NCBI GenBank assembly: GCA_964565425.1
Contig: CAZMEZ010000002.1
Location: 13,953 to 77,952 of the forward strand
Origin: an uncultured Planctomycetia bacterium
Lineage (GTDB): Bacteria > Omnitrophota > Gorgyraeia > Tantalellales > Tantalellaceae
DNA: 64,000 nucleotides
Direction of reading: 5' to 3'
Positions 45,301 to 51,224 of this stretch are shown here, one piece after another. The notes under the pieces are model-generated. The model made no database searches and was not told the origin of the DNA. It saw only the letters and a list, made by a program, of their open reading frames with translations. Both the position numbers and the translations under genes were made by a program. Every line of letters starts with the position of its first letter. Position 1 is the stretch's first letter.

Positions 45301-48300
45301 TCTATCTCATGACGCATTTCGCCGAATTCGGGGACGCCATAAGGGAAACGGACAATCCGGTATTCGGTGTAATGGATTTCCTGCACAGCGCGGGAGACGA
45401 GAACTTCTATTATTTCCTGAGGAGGATATCCGCGTACACTTTCCGGGACCATTCCGGACAGGTCAATGTCGGGCCGAACCATCCGCTGAGATGCCGCACG
45501 AGGTGCGGCACCTACGGTCCGGACCTAGAGGGGGTCATAAGGGATTCCATACACAATAACCTCGGCGTTTACGTGCTGGGCCTCCTGGAAAGGTACCTGG
45601 AATTCTGCGAGACGGGCGATCACGGGATACTCGCCGACGAGAACTACCCGGTGGATGTCTTCAAGAACGACGAATTCCCGTCCCGGGACGCGGTCTTCCC
45701 GGAAGACACCGTTAAACTGTACGCGGTCCCCGAACCGGAGGATACGTATCCATCGAACAACAGGGGCATTATCAGAGAGATATTCGCCCAGCTGGAAGGC
45801 GACCTCGGGCGCCGAATAGGAGCCAGAGGGGAAACAAAGTGGGAAAAACTGAGGAACATTACCGACGAGCAGCTGCAGCTTGTATACGATGCCGTTAACG
45901 CGAAACTGGGGACCAGCATGCAGGCGCAATATTCGGGTTATTCCTTTTCAGGATACATATACGCTTATCGCGAGCTTTCCAGAAGGTACAAGAGAGTGGC
46001 CAGCATAGATACTCTCACCGGCAATCTCTTCGGCGTGGCCGCAAGACACAGGATCGCCAATGAAGCCATAGCCGGCCAGCGCTGGGCCGAAGACGACCAC
46101 CCGGTTTACGAGGCGATAAGAGGCAGCGATCCGATCGCGGCCCTGAAAACGATAACGGGATCGAAAAAGAAGATACGCGACAAGGTTTTCAGCGGGACAC
46201 TGGCGTACGACCGGTACGAGGTCATGGAACAGTTCGAACAGGAATGGGGCAGGGATGACGTGGGCAACGCTTACGGGGGCGCCTGGGTAAGGGACGATCT
46301 CGTAGGTTTATACATGGCTGATAATGTCCTCACCATGGTGCAGAACATGCACATAGAGAACATATCGAAGGAATTCATGGAAATAGACGGGTCGAATGTC
46401 GTAAAGGCCCTGGAATATCTCAGTGTGCTGGCCGAATTGAGTTACACGGAGGGCCTTATCTCCAGGTCCTTCAAGGACCATATCGTCACGCTGCTGGACC
46501 AGAAGGGCCTCGATGTTTCGGTGGCCAGGGACGTCATAAATTTCATGCAGCAGGAATTCGTCGAGATAAGGAATTATATCGTCCAGAACGCCGAGAACTA
46601 TATACACGCCATGCTCGATGCCGAGGGAATATACGGTAAAAAGAGAGAGGAAGAATTCGATAGGAGGCTAAACGGCATTTTGAACAGCGACAGGGTGTTC
46701 CGTTCCGCCAGGGCGCTTATAACCAGGCTCGGCAAGTACGCCGAAACGCGGGAAGGAACGTTCATGGAAGCGGCTACCGCCGAACCGTTCGAAGAAGAGC
46801 CCAAACTCTTCGGGGGTACGGTCCCGGCGGAGACCGTAGAAAAAACCGTTTCGGCCGGAAGGTATAAACTTTCGGCTAAAGGGCTTGAGCTGGCCAGGAC
46901 GTCTCTGGAAGGCATCCCCATACCCGAAGGTGTGATAATCCCGGCGACGGTATCCGATAAAGATACGGGCGGACTTGCCGAAAAAGGCCTGAAGACGCTG
47001 CAGGATCACCTGGACGGGGTCGAAGGCCTGAGGGGCATGAAGTTCGGTTCCGCCGAAAACCCCCTTGTGGTTTCGGTGAGGTCGGGAGCCTACATAGTGA
47101 TGCCCGGACAGATGCCCACGATAGCGAATGTCGGACTTTGCCGTGACACCATGGACGGGTTCACCGCCCGGCTGGTAAAACGCGGCGTGGATCCCCGTGA
47201 CGCGCGGTGGACGGCATGGGATTCGTATTCAAGGTTCCTGCAGAGTTACGCCGTTTCCGTTCTCGGCATAAGCGAGCAGCATTTTGACGCCCGCAGGGAA
47301 AAAATGCTGGAGGACGGGGGTGTGACCGATGTGCGTGAACTTCCGCTTGATAAGATGAAGAGCATGGCCGGCGGGTTCGAAAGGATCATTACCGACATAG
47401 CCGGTGAAGATAAACTGCCGGTGACCGCCGGGGAGCAGTTCAAGTATTGCGTGGAAGCCGTCAAAAAATCGTGGGCCGAATCGATCGATTACCGCGATAA
47501 CGTGGGGATAAAAGGCAAATGGCCGGGAACGGCAGTGATAATACAGCGCATGGTCTTCGGCAACATAAACAAGGATTCGGGCGCGGGCGTCATAAACTCG
47601 CGCATGGTGAACGTGCGAAAACTGGGCCTGGAGGGCGATTTCCTGTGGTTCGGACAGGGGGACGATATCGCGCAGCACAGGGCCGAGGACCTGGTCCAGA
47701 TACAGGATGTCCCGGATGATACGCCATGGAAGAAAGACCTTGAGAAATACGCCGAACTTATCGAAACGTCCCTGGGGACACTGGCCGAGATAGAATTCAC
47801 CGTGGAGCTGGGCAAGGTATACATACTCCAGGTCAGGGACGCTTATGTCGATATAAGGGCTTCGGATTACCTGTTCATTCCTTCAGAAGGAGATCTCCTG
47901 GCCCGCCGGCAGCGGGTCATACCGGCTTCCGGCGGAGCTTACAGGGGTATGGTATATATTCTCCACGGACGCGCGCCCGATATGAGAGAGATAGACCGCA
48001 TGTATAAAAGATCCAGGAAAGCCGGCGGCGACGGCGTGATAATAGTGGCGGACGACCTCGGCCCGGAACAGCTCGGTAAGCTTATAGTCAGGGACGAGGA
48101 AGGGCGCCTTAAGATAGGCGGTCTGATAACGAGGCGCGGAGGGAAACTTTCGCACGCCGGCGATATAGCCAGGAACCATCGCATGGCCGCGATAGCCAAC
48201 GTCAAGGATATAAAGTTCCCGAAGCATGTCAGGAAGAAAAGGAGTTTTATTATAAACGACAGGCGTGTCCAGGAAGGCGAAATGCTTTCCATTTCCGGGA

Positions 48301-51002
48301 CCACGGGGATCGTATACCAGGGGCTTTTGCCGCTTACGGTCCATGAATTCATCGAAGGAGATATACAGCCGACGGTCTCTTACAGCTATTTCGTCGAACA
48401 TCTCAAGCGCCGCGGGCAGGTGCTTACCGTGATAAACCAGGTGCTGGATGCCATCCAGGAGAGGAAGGATGCCAACCTGCTGGTGTATCTTAGGACGATC
48501 GCCGACGTGCACAGGGAGATGCTCGAGAAAAAGGCGCCGTATGTATTCGCCGTTATCAACGCGGTGCTTGAAAGCGGTTCCATACGCGTCGAACATCTAA
48601 GGGAAAAGGTCAAAGCCGCCCTTGAGCAGAAAGGCGGCGAAACGGCCGCCGGCGCCGTTACCAGGGAGATGGAAGATACCATAAGCCGGGCCTTGACCGG
48701 CAAAGAATTCCTGGAAGAGTTCGGCCTTTCACCGGGGGATATCACGGATGTTGCTTTCATGGGGGAAAGCGCGGAAAGTTTAAAGGGAAGGATGGCCGTT
48801 AACCTTGATATAACGGTGAGGAAAGACACGGGCAAGACGGAGATCGTGCCGCTGCGTGTAGCGCTTTACAAGGTGGGATATGACCTGGATCCGGACCTTT
48901 TGGCCACGAACGAGACGATCGCCTCACGCCTTATCGATTACCTGGAGGAAGGGATCATAGGCGGACACGAAGAAATGCTTTATGAGGCGGGCATGCCGCC
49001 CTATATCATACAGGACGCTTATAACGAAGCCGGGGGCGACAGGGAGGAAGCCGTTGCGGTATTATCGGCAAAGCTTGCCGGACTCGGCCTGAAATACGAC
49101 GATATGGAACGCGTCGTCGCCAGGATCGCGGCGTTCAACATGGCGGATATGTACCGTCTCCACAAGGCGCTGGACAACGGGTTTACCAGGGACAGGATGG
49201 TGTTCATGGTCCTGCCCGCGGAAGGCCGGTACGAGGCGATCAAGATACGCGCCAGGAAGGCTATGCCGACGGTCAACGACGTGCTGGTGCGCAAGTATTT
49301 AGCCGGACGCAAGGTCCAGGCCGGGCAGCTGGTCGATGTCAGAAAACAGGTCGTAAAGATCCTCCTGCGGGTATACGACAGCAGGCTGGATGTATACGAT
49401 ACGCTGGCAAGAGCGTTCGATCTGAAGGATCGCCACGCGCACATGACGTTCAATGAGATGCGCGATCAGCTGGCAAGGATAAACGCCAGCGACCTGGACG
49501 CGGAGAAAGAAGAGCTTTTACGAGGTCTTCTCGGTATCGAAGGCCGTTCGCGTCTTCCGGAGAGGGTGCGGGAACAATTTACGAAACTGGGGCTTTTGAA
49601 AAGGTTCCCGATGGATATCAAGGATTACGATCTCGTGGCGCGTCCGATGAAGGACGGCAAGATCAAAGTCGAGGTCGTAAGCTGGGGCTCTTTCATACGC
49701 AAGGCGGACGAGAACGAGGTGATAAGGTACCTGCACGAGGAGATGCAGATACCTTACGCCACTGTCTTTAAAGGGATGACCGAGCTTTACGGGTACGACA
49801 AGACGCTGGATTTTGTCAGGATGGCGCATCTCCACGAGCCGGCCGGGACGCACCTGGCCAGGGTATTCATGCTGAAGATGACCGAAATGACATCCGTCTC
49901 GAGTATAACGGTCGGCATTCCCCGCGACCAGTTCGACAGGCTGGACGCGGAAGAAATCGAGAAACTCGACAGGTCTTCCATCCTGCGTGTCGCGATACTT
50001 GAGGCCGGCGACAGGGAAGGAATGCTCGAAGAGCTTGAAGGCGTCCGCAAAAGATACGGTTCGGCGGCGTCGATACTGGTCGACGCGGATTCGGGTATAG
50101 AACCCGGGCATATGGCATCGATGATATTGTCCTTTGCCAGGGACATAAAGAACAAGGTGTTCATGCTCGCGCATCCCGAGATAGCAGCACTTACGCCGGA
50201 AACCGTTTCCAGGATAGACGATCTGGCGGCGTTGCTGAGGGAAATAACCGACAAATACCTTGATGTCCTGGAACCGCTTGAGCTGTCCTCGATGAGCATA
50301 TACAGGATGAGGGTGGAGAATTCCTACTGGGGAATGAAAAGCGCCCAGAGGATGGATTACGGGATCGCCGCGCTTGACGACGAAAAACGGCACTATCTCG
50401 TGCATTATGCCGACGGAAGCGGGTTGCTGGATGCGGAGAGGGCCATAGTTCCGGCGGGGCTCGAGATCGCCAGGAGGCGCAAGAGCATGAAAGTCAACGC
50501 GGAAACCGATAACCAGAGAGATATGTTCATGATAATGGCGCCCGGGAACGTAACCACCGACGCGGAGAAAGAGGAGTTCAGGAAGAAGGTCATGGAGCTC
50601 TGGATGCTCGGGGGTGTGGTCGCCGAGGAGAATATCGTGATACTCGACAGGAAAGACGAGGGATATTCCAACAGTGAGATCTTTGGCCGCGTAAAAGCCG
50701 CGGTTTCGGGGGCGGATACGGCTAACACCGGTATCAGGGTGATAGCGGGGGACCTGAAATATGAGGACGAACAGCTTCTGCAGGTGAACCTGGCGCCCGA
50801 AGCGAAGAGCAATTTCAACCAGTATGAGGTGTTCGTGAACCTGCTCCTTACGGGCAAGTCCGGTAAGCTGGACGGCATTGCCGAAATCAAAGTTGTGGAG
50901 GGCAGGCTCTATATCTACCTGCCGCAGGCAAGGCCTGTGGACTTCGAGGAAGAGGTCCGGAACTACTACGAGAAATACAGGGAAGTGCTTATAAGAGCGT
51001 AA
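33324..51002 (+). CDS. Giant multidomain membrane protein, 5,892 aa
   Basis: Uninterrupted frame-3 ORF. The ATG at 33,324 is preceded by the G-rich ggggggataagg. The N-terminal hydrophobic anchor is LFKIISIIVLVIFV. Promoter lies upstream, shared C-terminal motif at the end. Domains are listed separately. Confidence 0.9.
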   Translation: MLRGSKLFKIISIIVLVIFVHEQVGWTQDGRPVWTAFRASSEITPRDLPRGINIPHDIGDVSETVMNGSGEVVINIQDAHASLSSQYSIVNILDNLVSNYDVRLIALEGAEGVVDTSLLRTFPDKRVRKETAEFLMKEGRMSAGEFFDATRDENDVVLCGVEDDALYNRNVESFRGIMDRRAAYSEEVDKLLAQLDALSAKVFSPGLKTLEEKSRLHREGRMSFSDYWENVRPVAEKEGVSFEGLANTGKLLRAIALEKDINFARANLERKQLIDALSEDMDRTDIEDLVLKSLLFKENRISQADYHAHLSRLAASYGVGMEGYGNLMAFTEYVTLYESIDIMALFSEFSALEERIREALYRNGDERELHGWIRLVRMVGNLYNVELSNDDCAYIMSRRKDCDGAGCAGFIKRACLKYGVPIEGGYDAGHVFSGVDEALGFYEVAESRNNALLANTLKRMKAEGKHVAALITGGYHTRGLTELMRKNKLSYLVVVPRFEKDKERPYIAILTNKKKPYQELLESGKYQLAVRAYFDGMDEDKFIETAIYALSNVVTGGGDWRYEAERWFREYSREYERRKGISEKRIEGSLSPGEFARILGVGDYAGQGQLRIETWENTVVVARIKDDQVSYFRLDRGEGGVLESPRVLSPSQGRKILAALDRAKAEIEEERTAGRAVDLEKKMEGLARAIREASEKKDVTLAEKLMEDNGLLYRVVDRFVHADEVKPEDVVKKLKADPGVSLAKNWRADEENRQAVAVFVNRVIAAREGVRAIIDKLTSDRDLAETIALYFVALKKEITPEGVATALQYKLNDHLMRERERIPSLEDAIARFTETVKKVYGPVEEARDRFSRWRIADKGRYSGTVSNLELALGDIACAGGKDLEEYVERFNGTEERPVRALELGSGLFCPISGYLTGSIEQDMFVKHEGGFRNMEVAALDPRQDTDEELGLYRGNALKMDMFADGEFDYIFAFQVFNVECFTQYFPVNVKFWEENFPKEMLSEGKYYRKIAKELFRVMKPGGEIYMNVGLAEPNLLLNRVLREEGFECEYSDNRGTNWVFTKPSGKETPLERRRELTRRAITRVAGFLGRKIAVLEKYFAELPREGDLDEEQAEAAEMLLDACWDIVKGVRQDDLYVPYSPGLQRLLGWGSPGHIYDIPGNMISLTAYLQNIVHGKTGEIAPNVYAAMAGEISNLKYALNALKGTRSEDIYFFKPAGYDKEFVNIRNWEKSPPLHSKEWVAYLFATGREDLLKRVEFNEEAKKAFDKYVLSANVFSDMVRSGGLEPAEGEEEMFERVKGFLAETDPRRIEETGNFARVRIARRLSEERGTGIMPFAGPSWKKTPLYAAAAGAVLSLVSVLAFDANVAGAIAAGFAALTGLYALGFWIWKDLILGRVKSGKLQSAFYGRGGNETIYAPDKVVRERVAVLFNELSRSLAGGRASKGSRALAGTRIDVEKGPAEAVLVDENSPKEVKEAIGDDYAAFDKGKNTLYVLGTLARAPDWVLATVLAHEAAHHFTKSELRANLFTALNFRKAVRTARGLSYTPEDYRMYSLSRVPDVKADALRKSRLAVLLAERMKKEGYPVTDDDIALVGRVFLVHAVGGERYPGITLKILGDANADITDEAKQLVRFRHSYAAFTDHLARAGEEEISVDVLGRVNELLPMIRLVDVFDDGQNKLKREKPGKQPENFIEALNSLEETFAEEGITARGALNVFRNMMGEEDRRILNIAAEARRSNDILVSDHVLMDTMTGGERLLKMRGGLDRDRGEGEYAVMTFRMGLPEDLRRQIKHYLENNGFDVVSAGMTSRHIGMDEVLRRWGTAGEIRETLDRIEADGVNILEGMINLVAGDGAGFEKWVRKIEQEHPETGSVKMLRFYMNAFDRGIETVIIRARVPRERLIEEFNAPAKAAGMKFQDFFRQFVAGHEDAFKAKAGTLRAEFMEPELRPSGKLAGIYRMGEKLIPREKTGLANGIDCPAYSELPGNLKEYIEVPFRAPIISSVLANGISGGLLLAAYVFFKGPVLKGISFISKAFFAAVIITLFAVYSPSRLRAQETTADKGKDRTSATDKGDKPGKKETDGGEGDGKKTDEKIKKAAAEELPLRDRKKQREVPAGTLVKAGDLIDVILDFTDAERAPEYRGNVKFLLLMTMMVESDQFAARRQYNGGPARGLAQFEPPTAADVRDYIKRKSANKKFIEAVKGVLEIGWEDNIAAMSGGDILAAINERMTGLDERIKAAQKENDGKKAVGISREKIDLEKAVEGALGRDWQEELAALAGETALERIRARLAQLEREIEAAKEKDDRKTASEKAEEKTVLEREMERIFRISWEDNLLAMSLEDIRKKIDARVAALTEEITAAEKAGDRKKAGEKKKERAALQSIPATRGFKTFIRNYRFRIMMVKTLGADWSAVCTMSGDELGRRLVASDFFTALMSRINYARRPQLVPSRKDRKAVWRYYLDTWRPGKPVSLEKFLQLAAIVDKSGVIAGKKEEAKPAAGVPGEKKEAGKEAVTEAGHVPGKKPAAEEIKIAEPTAPVAPPEEALEAAEKPAKEVPVPEVGANIFIRLLAVFGGVLAVIAGFFLGRWAGRPPLAKLKRFAKRAKPRKVLEIDLGKDLLQDKEMMKVLARSGHEISIGRIPNTYRYIFQKWEEDVASGVFVKSLGREYPDYRFEGHTHSPARTQLEWNRINIPSYTDLMFGISGQWSYIISEKGLTWFRADRGLLEVFREQYDAFIRKVETGDMTPGEVVTAMRERFEVDVEFEEMDLSSGVARGPAAAMPLKELIAPDVPFDDYAVKLAPVAEEILFFAVPMALAYLALGITSIWTLAFMAAMRGAFFMLHPEKRDIMTMSVTDMVSLIDPSYGELRKHVYADWKFVRALAKGMGIREDSEEMKMLRVISMVHDMGGVLGLKHDEDIEKELIVKAALHGIDHRGMDPNDVEAELLRKGVKLTKEEKRFLPNIDHPANSLRMLDKMGIAVPPIVRGIVLRHMDAPSEEELRTWTEQERRLFACFVIADVFETGNNYYKQAGGYYKHEGKFESIEDTLAFIKSKRFDNRPSISRYIEAAENVLSSEAMAEAIRFSRTPLSGTEFAKKIMPRGPPASRIVPFSVAAMGAVIPAIPVMFPAIAAAPGLFILAGSICVVMFHSFGNIIAVIKGVMPAAIKKKKRSEDLEWIDLYAAKLQAEGSPGFVHGAVNSEEDIRTITTISGTPVDEVNRRAQPGNYSMSGFAEDFIEQLVSDNGLVRGLGTNHKKLADLLKRAAGKIKDGGEATFKHKGMRFGIRRIPTKGSQNSIFADYGWSCSYRLRNLDQGTSILFAPNSVAEIERLGFYEAGTINGKENKYAVDPELLWRMFNDVGYRVSEKTEEEALRDQAEAIKEKEGWDSIEVYEVDELRAEYPYIVREAPAVSRGKVPFYAEMEEGYYGEPPVRFAYEVRKKGPWTAVVRVEIYERDAVEEDTGMRASFYRHSLHLFRGREDLFLDESYSLDSLGEKYGTNIAEILQKSGFPFRIDIGPGEKWFYDEMMKKDVGTLMRLGVLCSLRSGLYTDTLRDSMKIKLTRDMSDSRGLLFRYYIVPVENDGTMEFVALERQRDLIFRALSEKTGGMPTAPGTIFLLKELIAQRMSFAEYAAKVAPWVEEAVFLALPMIISHFAFGLASFWTVVFMALSRAVFFFLHEGARPHAPPALWETPLKVAITGFLVSLMPVAIFSALTSSFNLYPLTFILAATFLSGLIHLRENIAALKKGVMPAAIPAGEEAPDPWRDLTPDAREMFTNIASKEFFLKDAERGELTAERYQRDHDEEDPERILALFEELAGKGYFGITKSDDGKTRYGLSEKGGSMVPLAVEDMIKVWITGMKENDLAWRRDHIRDPGFGSMFRTAPAYKQPDPGRMTLFGKYSDEVLDVIMEQVKEEVKLYETGRGNDTALSAPLGVMEGLLEKCGDMRRTDLVEKIVEYLMMAPYSENGRVRAAFQTFYMHIVAIDPERARTFLFYLMTHFAEFGDAIRETDNPVFGVMDFLHSAGDENFYYFLRRISAYTFRDHSGQVNVGPNHPLRCRTRCGTYGPDLEGVIRDSIHNNLGVYVLGLLERYLEFCETGDHGILADENYPVDVFKNDEFPSRDAVFPEDTVKLYAVPEPEDTYPSNNRGIIREIFAQLEGDLGRRIGARGETKWEKLRNITDEQLQLVYDAVNAKLGTSMQAQYSGYSFSGYIYAYRELSRRYKRVASIDTLTGNLFGVAARHRIANEAIAGQRWAEDDHPVYEAIRGSDPIAALKTITGSKKKIRDKVFSGTLAYDRYEVMEQFEQEWGRDDVGNAYGGAWVRDDLVGLYMADNVLTMVQNMHIENISKEFMEIDGSNVVKALEYLSVLAELSYTEGLISRSFKDHIVTLLDQKGLDVSVARDVINFMQQEFVEIRNYIVQNAENYIHAMLDAEGIYGKKREEEFDRRLNGILNSDRVFRSARALITRLGKYAETREGTFMEAATAEPFEEEPKLFGGTVPAETVEKTVSAGRYKLSAKGLELARTSLEGIPIPEGVIIPATVSDKDTGGLAEKGLKTLQDHLDGVEGLRGMKFGSAENPLVVSVRSGAYIVMPGQMPTIANVGLCRDTMDGFTARLVKRGVDPRDARWTAWDSYSRFLQSYAVSVLGISEQHFDARREKMLEDGGVTDVRELPLDKMKSMAGGFERIITDIAGEDKLPVTAGEQFKYCVEAVKKSWAESIDYRDNVGIKGKWPGTAVIIQRMVFGNINKDSGAGVINSRMVNVRKLGLEGDFLWFGQGDDIAQHRAEDLVQIQDVPDDTPWKKDLEKYAELIETSLGTLAEIEFTVELGKVYILQVRDAYVDIRASDYLFIPSEGDLLARRQRVIPASGGAYRGMVYILHGRAPDMREIDRMYKRSRKAGGDGVIIVADDLGPEQLGKLIVRDEEGRLKIGGLITRRGGKLSHAGDIARNHRMAAIANVKDIKFPKHVRKKRSFIINDRRVQEGEMLSISGTTGIVYQGLLPLTVHEFIEGDIQPTVSYSYFVEHLKRRGQVLTVINQVLDAIQERKDANLLVYLRTIADVHREMLEKKAPYVFAVINAVLESGSIRVEHLREKVKAALEQKGGETAAGAVTREMEDTISRALTGKEFLEEFGLSPGDITDVAFMGESAESLKGRMAVNLDITVRKDTGKTEIVPLRVALYKVGYDLDPDLLATNETIASRLIDYLEEGIIGGHEEMLYEAGMPPYIIQDAYNEAGGDREEAVAVLSAKLAGLGLKYDDMERVVARIAAFNMADMYRLHKALDNGFTRDRMVFMVLPAEGRYEAIKIRARKAMPTVNDVLVRKYLAGRKVQAGQLVDVRKQVVKILLRVYDSRLDVYDTLARAFDLKDRHAHMTFNEMRDQLARINASDLDAEKEELLRGLLGIEGRSRLPERVREQFTKLGLLKRFPMDIKDYDLVARPMKDGKIKVEVVSWGSFIRKADENEVIRYLHEEMQIPYATVFKGMTELYGYDKTLDFVRMAHLHEPAGTHLARVFMLKMTEMTSVSSITVGIPRDQFDRLDAEEIEKLDRSSILRVAILEAGDREGMLEELEGVRKRYGSAASILVDADSGIEPGHMASMILSFARDIKNKVFMLAHPEIAALTPETVSRIDDLAALLREITDKYLDVLEPLELSSMSIYRMRVENSYWGMKSAQRMDYGIAALDDEKRHYLVHYADGSGLLDAERAIVPAGLEIARRRKSMKVNAETDNQRDMFMIMAPGNVTTDAEKEEFRKKVMELWMLGGVVAEENIVILDRKDEGYSNSEIFGRVKAAVSGADTANTGIRVIAGDLKYEDEQLLQVNLAPEAKSNFNQYEVFVNLLLTGKSGKLDGIAEIKVVEGRLYIYLPQARPVDFEEEVRNYYEKYREVLIRA
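33520..34900 (+). other. N-terminal domain of about 520 aa paralogous between ORF2 and ORF3; TraB/GumN/ChaN-like (ETTG superfamily)?
   Basis: ORF2 VVINIQDAHASL...LEGAEGVVDT...FPDKRVRKETAEFLMKEGRMSAGEFF...ESRNNALLANTLKRMKAEGKHVAALITGGYHTRGLTELMRKNKLSYLVVVPRFEKDKERPYIAILTN. ORF3 VIVHIQDAHCNY...VEGAEGIVDT...FPDAEIRKEVATYFMKKGEITGAEFF...IKRDNALIDNTLDQMKKEKQDRCVLIAGGFHTRGIKDILEKKGVSYVVVTPKITKNVDTPYIKVLTN. The C-terminal GG[YF]HTRG...L...G.SYVVV resembles the TraB/GumN GAGHLxGxxG...L...GY.V signature. Confidence 0.4.
35900..36480 (+). other. Class I SAM-dependent methyltransferase-like fold
   Basis: Motif I VRALELGSGLFCP, motif II DGEFDYIFAFQVF, motif III LFRVMKPGGEIYMNV. Confidence 0.4.
39650..39900 (+). 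other. SLT-type lytic transglycosylase motif
   Basis: LLLMTMMVESDQFAARRQYNGGPARGLAQFEPPTAADV against the SLT consensus ...ES.F.p.a.S.aGA.GLMQi.p.TA. The catalytic-Glu-Ser pair and the GLxQ...P.TA are present. Confidence 0.45.
41990..42300 (+). other. HD-domain-like segment
   Basis: MLRVISMVHDMGGVLG...ALHGIDHRG...HPANSLRML...LRHMD resembles the H...HD...H...H...D spacing of HD phosphohydrolases. Weak. Confidence 0.25.
44467..44497 (+). repeat. Heptanucleotide microsatellite (CCTTTAW) x4.4 inside ORF2
   Basis: cctttaa cctttat cctttaa cctttat cct read directly. Encodes SFNLYPLTFIL. Confidence 0.85.
46850..48330 (+). other. Pyruvate-phosphate-dikinase / PEP-synthase-like module: ATP-grasp nucleotide-binding plus phospho-histidine swivel domain
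   Basis: SAKGLELARTSLEGIPIPEGVIIPATV compared with PPDK GGKGANLAEM...GLPVPPGFTITT. NPLVVSVRSGAYIVMPGQMPTIANVGL compared with the PPDK SVRSGA.vSMPGMMDTvLNLGL block. FGNINKDSGAGVINSR compared with fGNMgdtSGTGVaFTRnP. EIEFTVELGKVYILQVRDA compared with dIEFTi..gkLwlLQtR. GGKLSHAGDIARNHRMAAIANV compared with the PEP-utilising enzyme signature GG..SHAAIiAREl.iP.VvG. Confidence 0.7.
50886..50999 (+). other. Conserved C-terminal motif shared with ORF1
   Basis: See feature 32,860-32,973. Confidence 0.7.
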
Positions 51003-51087
51003 GTTAGAGAAACAGCATGCAGCGTGCAGCGTGCAGCGGACGGCGGACAGGGTTTGTTAAGGTATAAAATAGTTGGAAAGGGGCATG

Positions 51088-51116
51088 TTGACATATAGCC
51101 CTATTTGCGATATACT
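51088..51116 (+). promoter_or_regulatory. Sigma-70-type promoter upstream of ORF3: TTGACA, 17-bp spacer, TATACT
   Basis: TTGACA at 51,088-51,093 and TATACT at 51,111-51,116. A second TATAAT at 51,183-51,188 lies 30 nt downstream of the conserved 15-mer. Confidence 0.5.
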
Positions 51117-51137
51117 TAAGTATGAATTGTTAGCGTG

Positions 51138-51152
51138 TAAAAAGTAAGTTTT
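51138..51152 (+). promoter_or_regulatory. Conserved 15-nt element TAAAAAGTAAGTTTT, copy 2, 30 nt upstream of TATAAT at 51,183
   Basis: Identical to 33,210-33,224. Confidence 0.5.
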
Positions 51153-51224
51153 ACGCAGGGCACGTGGAGTGTGTCTTGTGTATATAATAATAAGAACAAA
51201 TTTGGAGAGAGAAGGAGAAAAATC

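Noticed and set aside
51017-51040. gcagcgtgcagcgtgcagcg direct repeat right after the ORF2 stop, considered as a terminator
   Set aside because: It is a 7-bp direct repeat, not an inverted one, with no stem-loop and no U-tract. The ORF3 promoter follows immediately, so ORF2 may read through or terminate by another mechanism.
51171-51224. GTG at 51,171 as the start of ORF3 (as in the ORF track)
   Set aside because: There is no SD. The ATG at 51,225 has a near-consensus AAGGAG 8 nt upstream and gives a typical K/R-rich n-region plus hydrophobic anchor.
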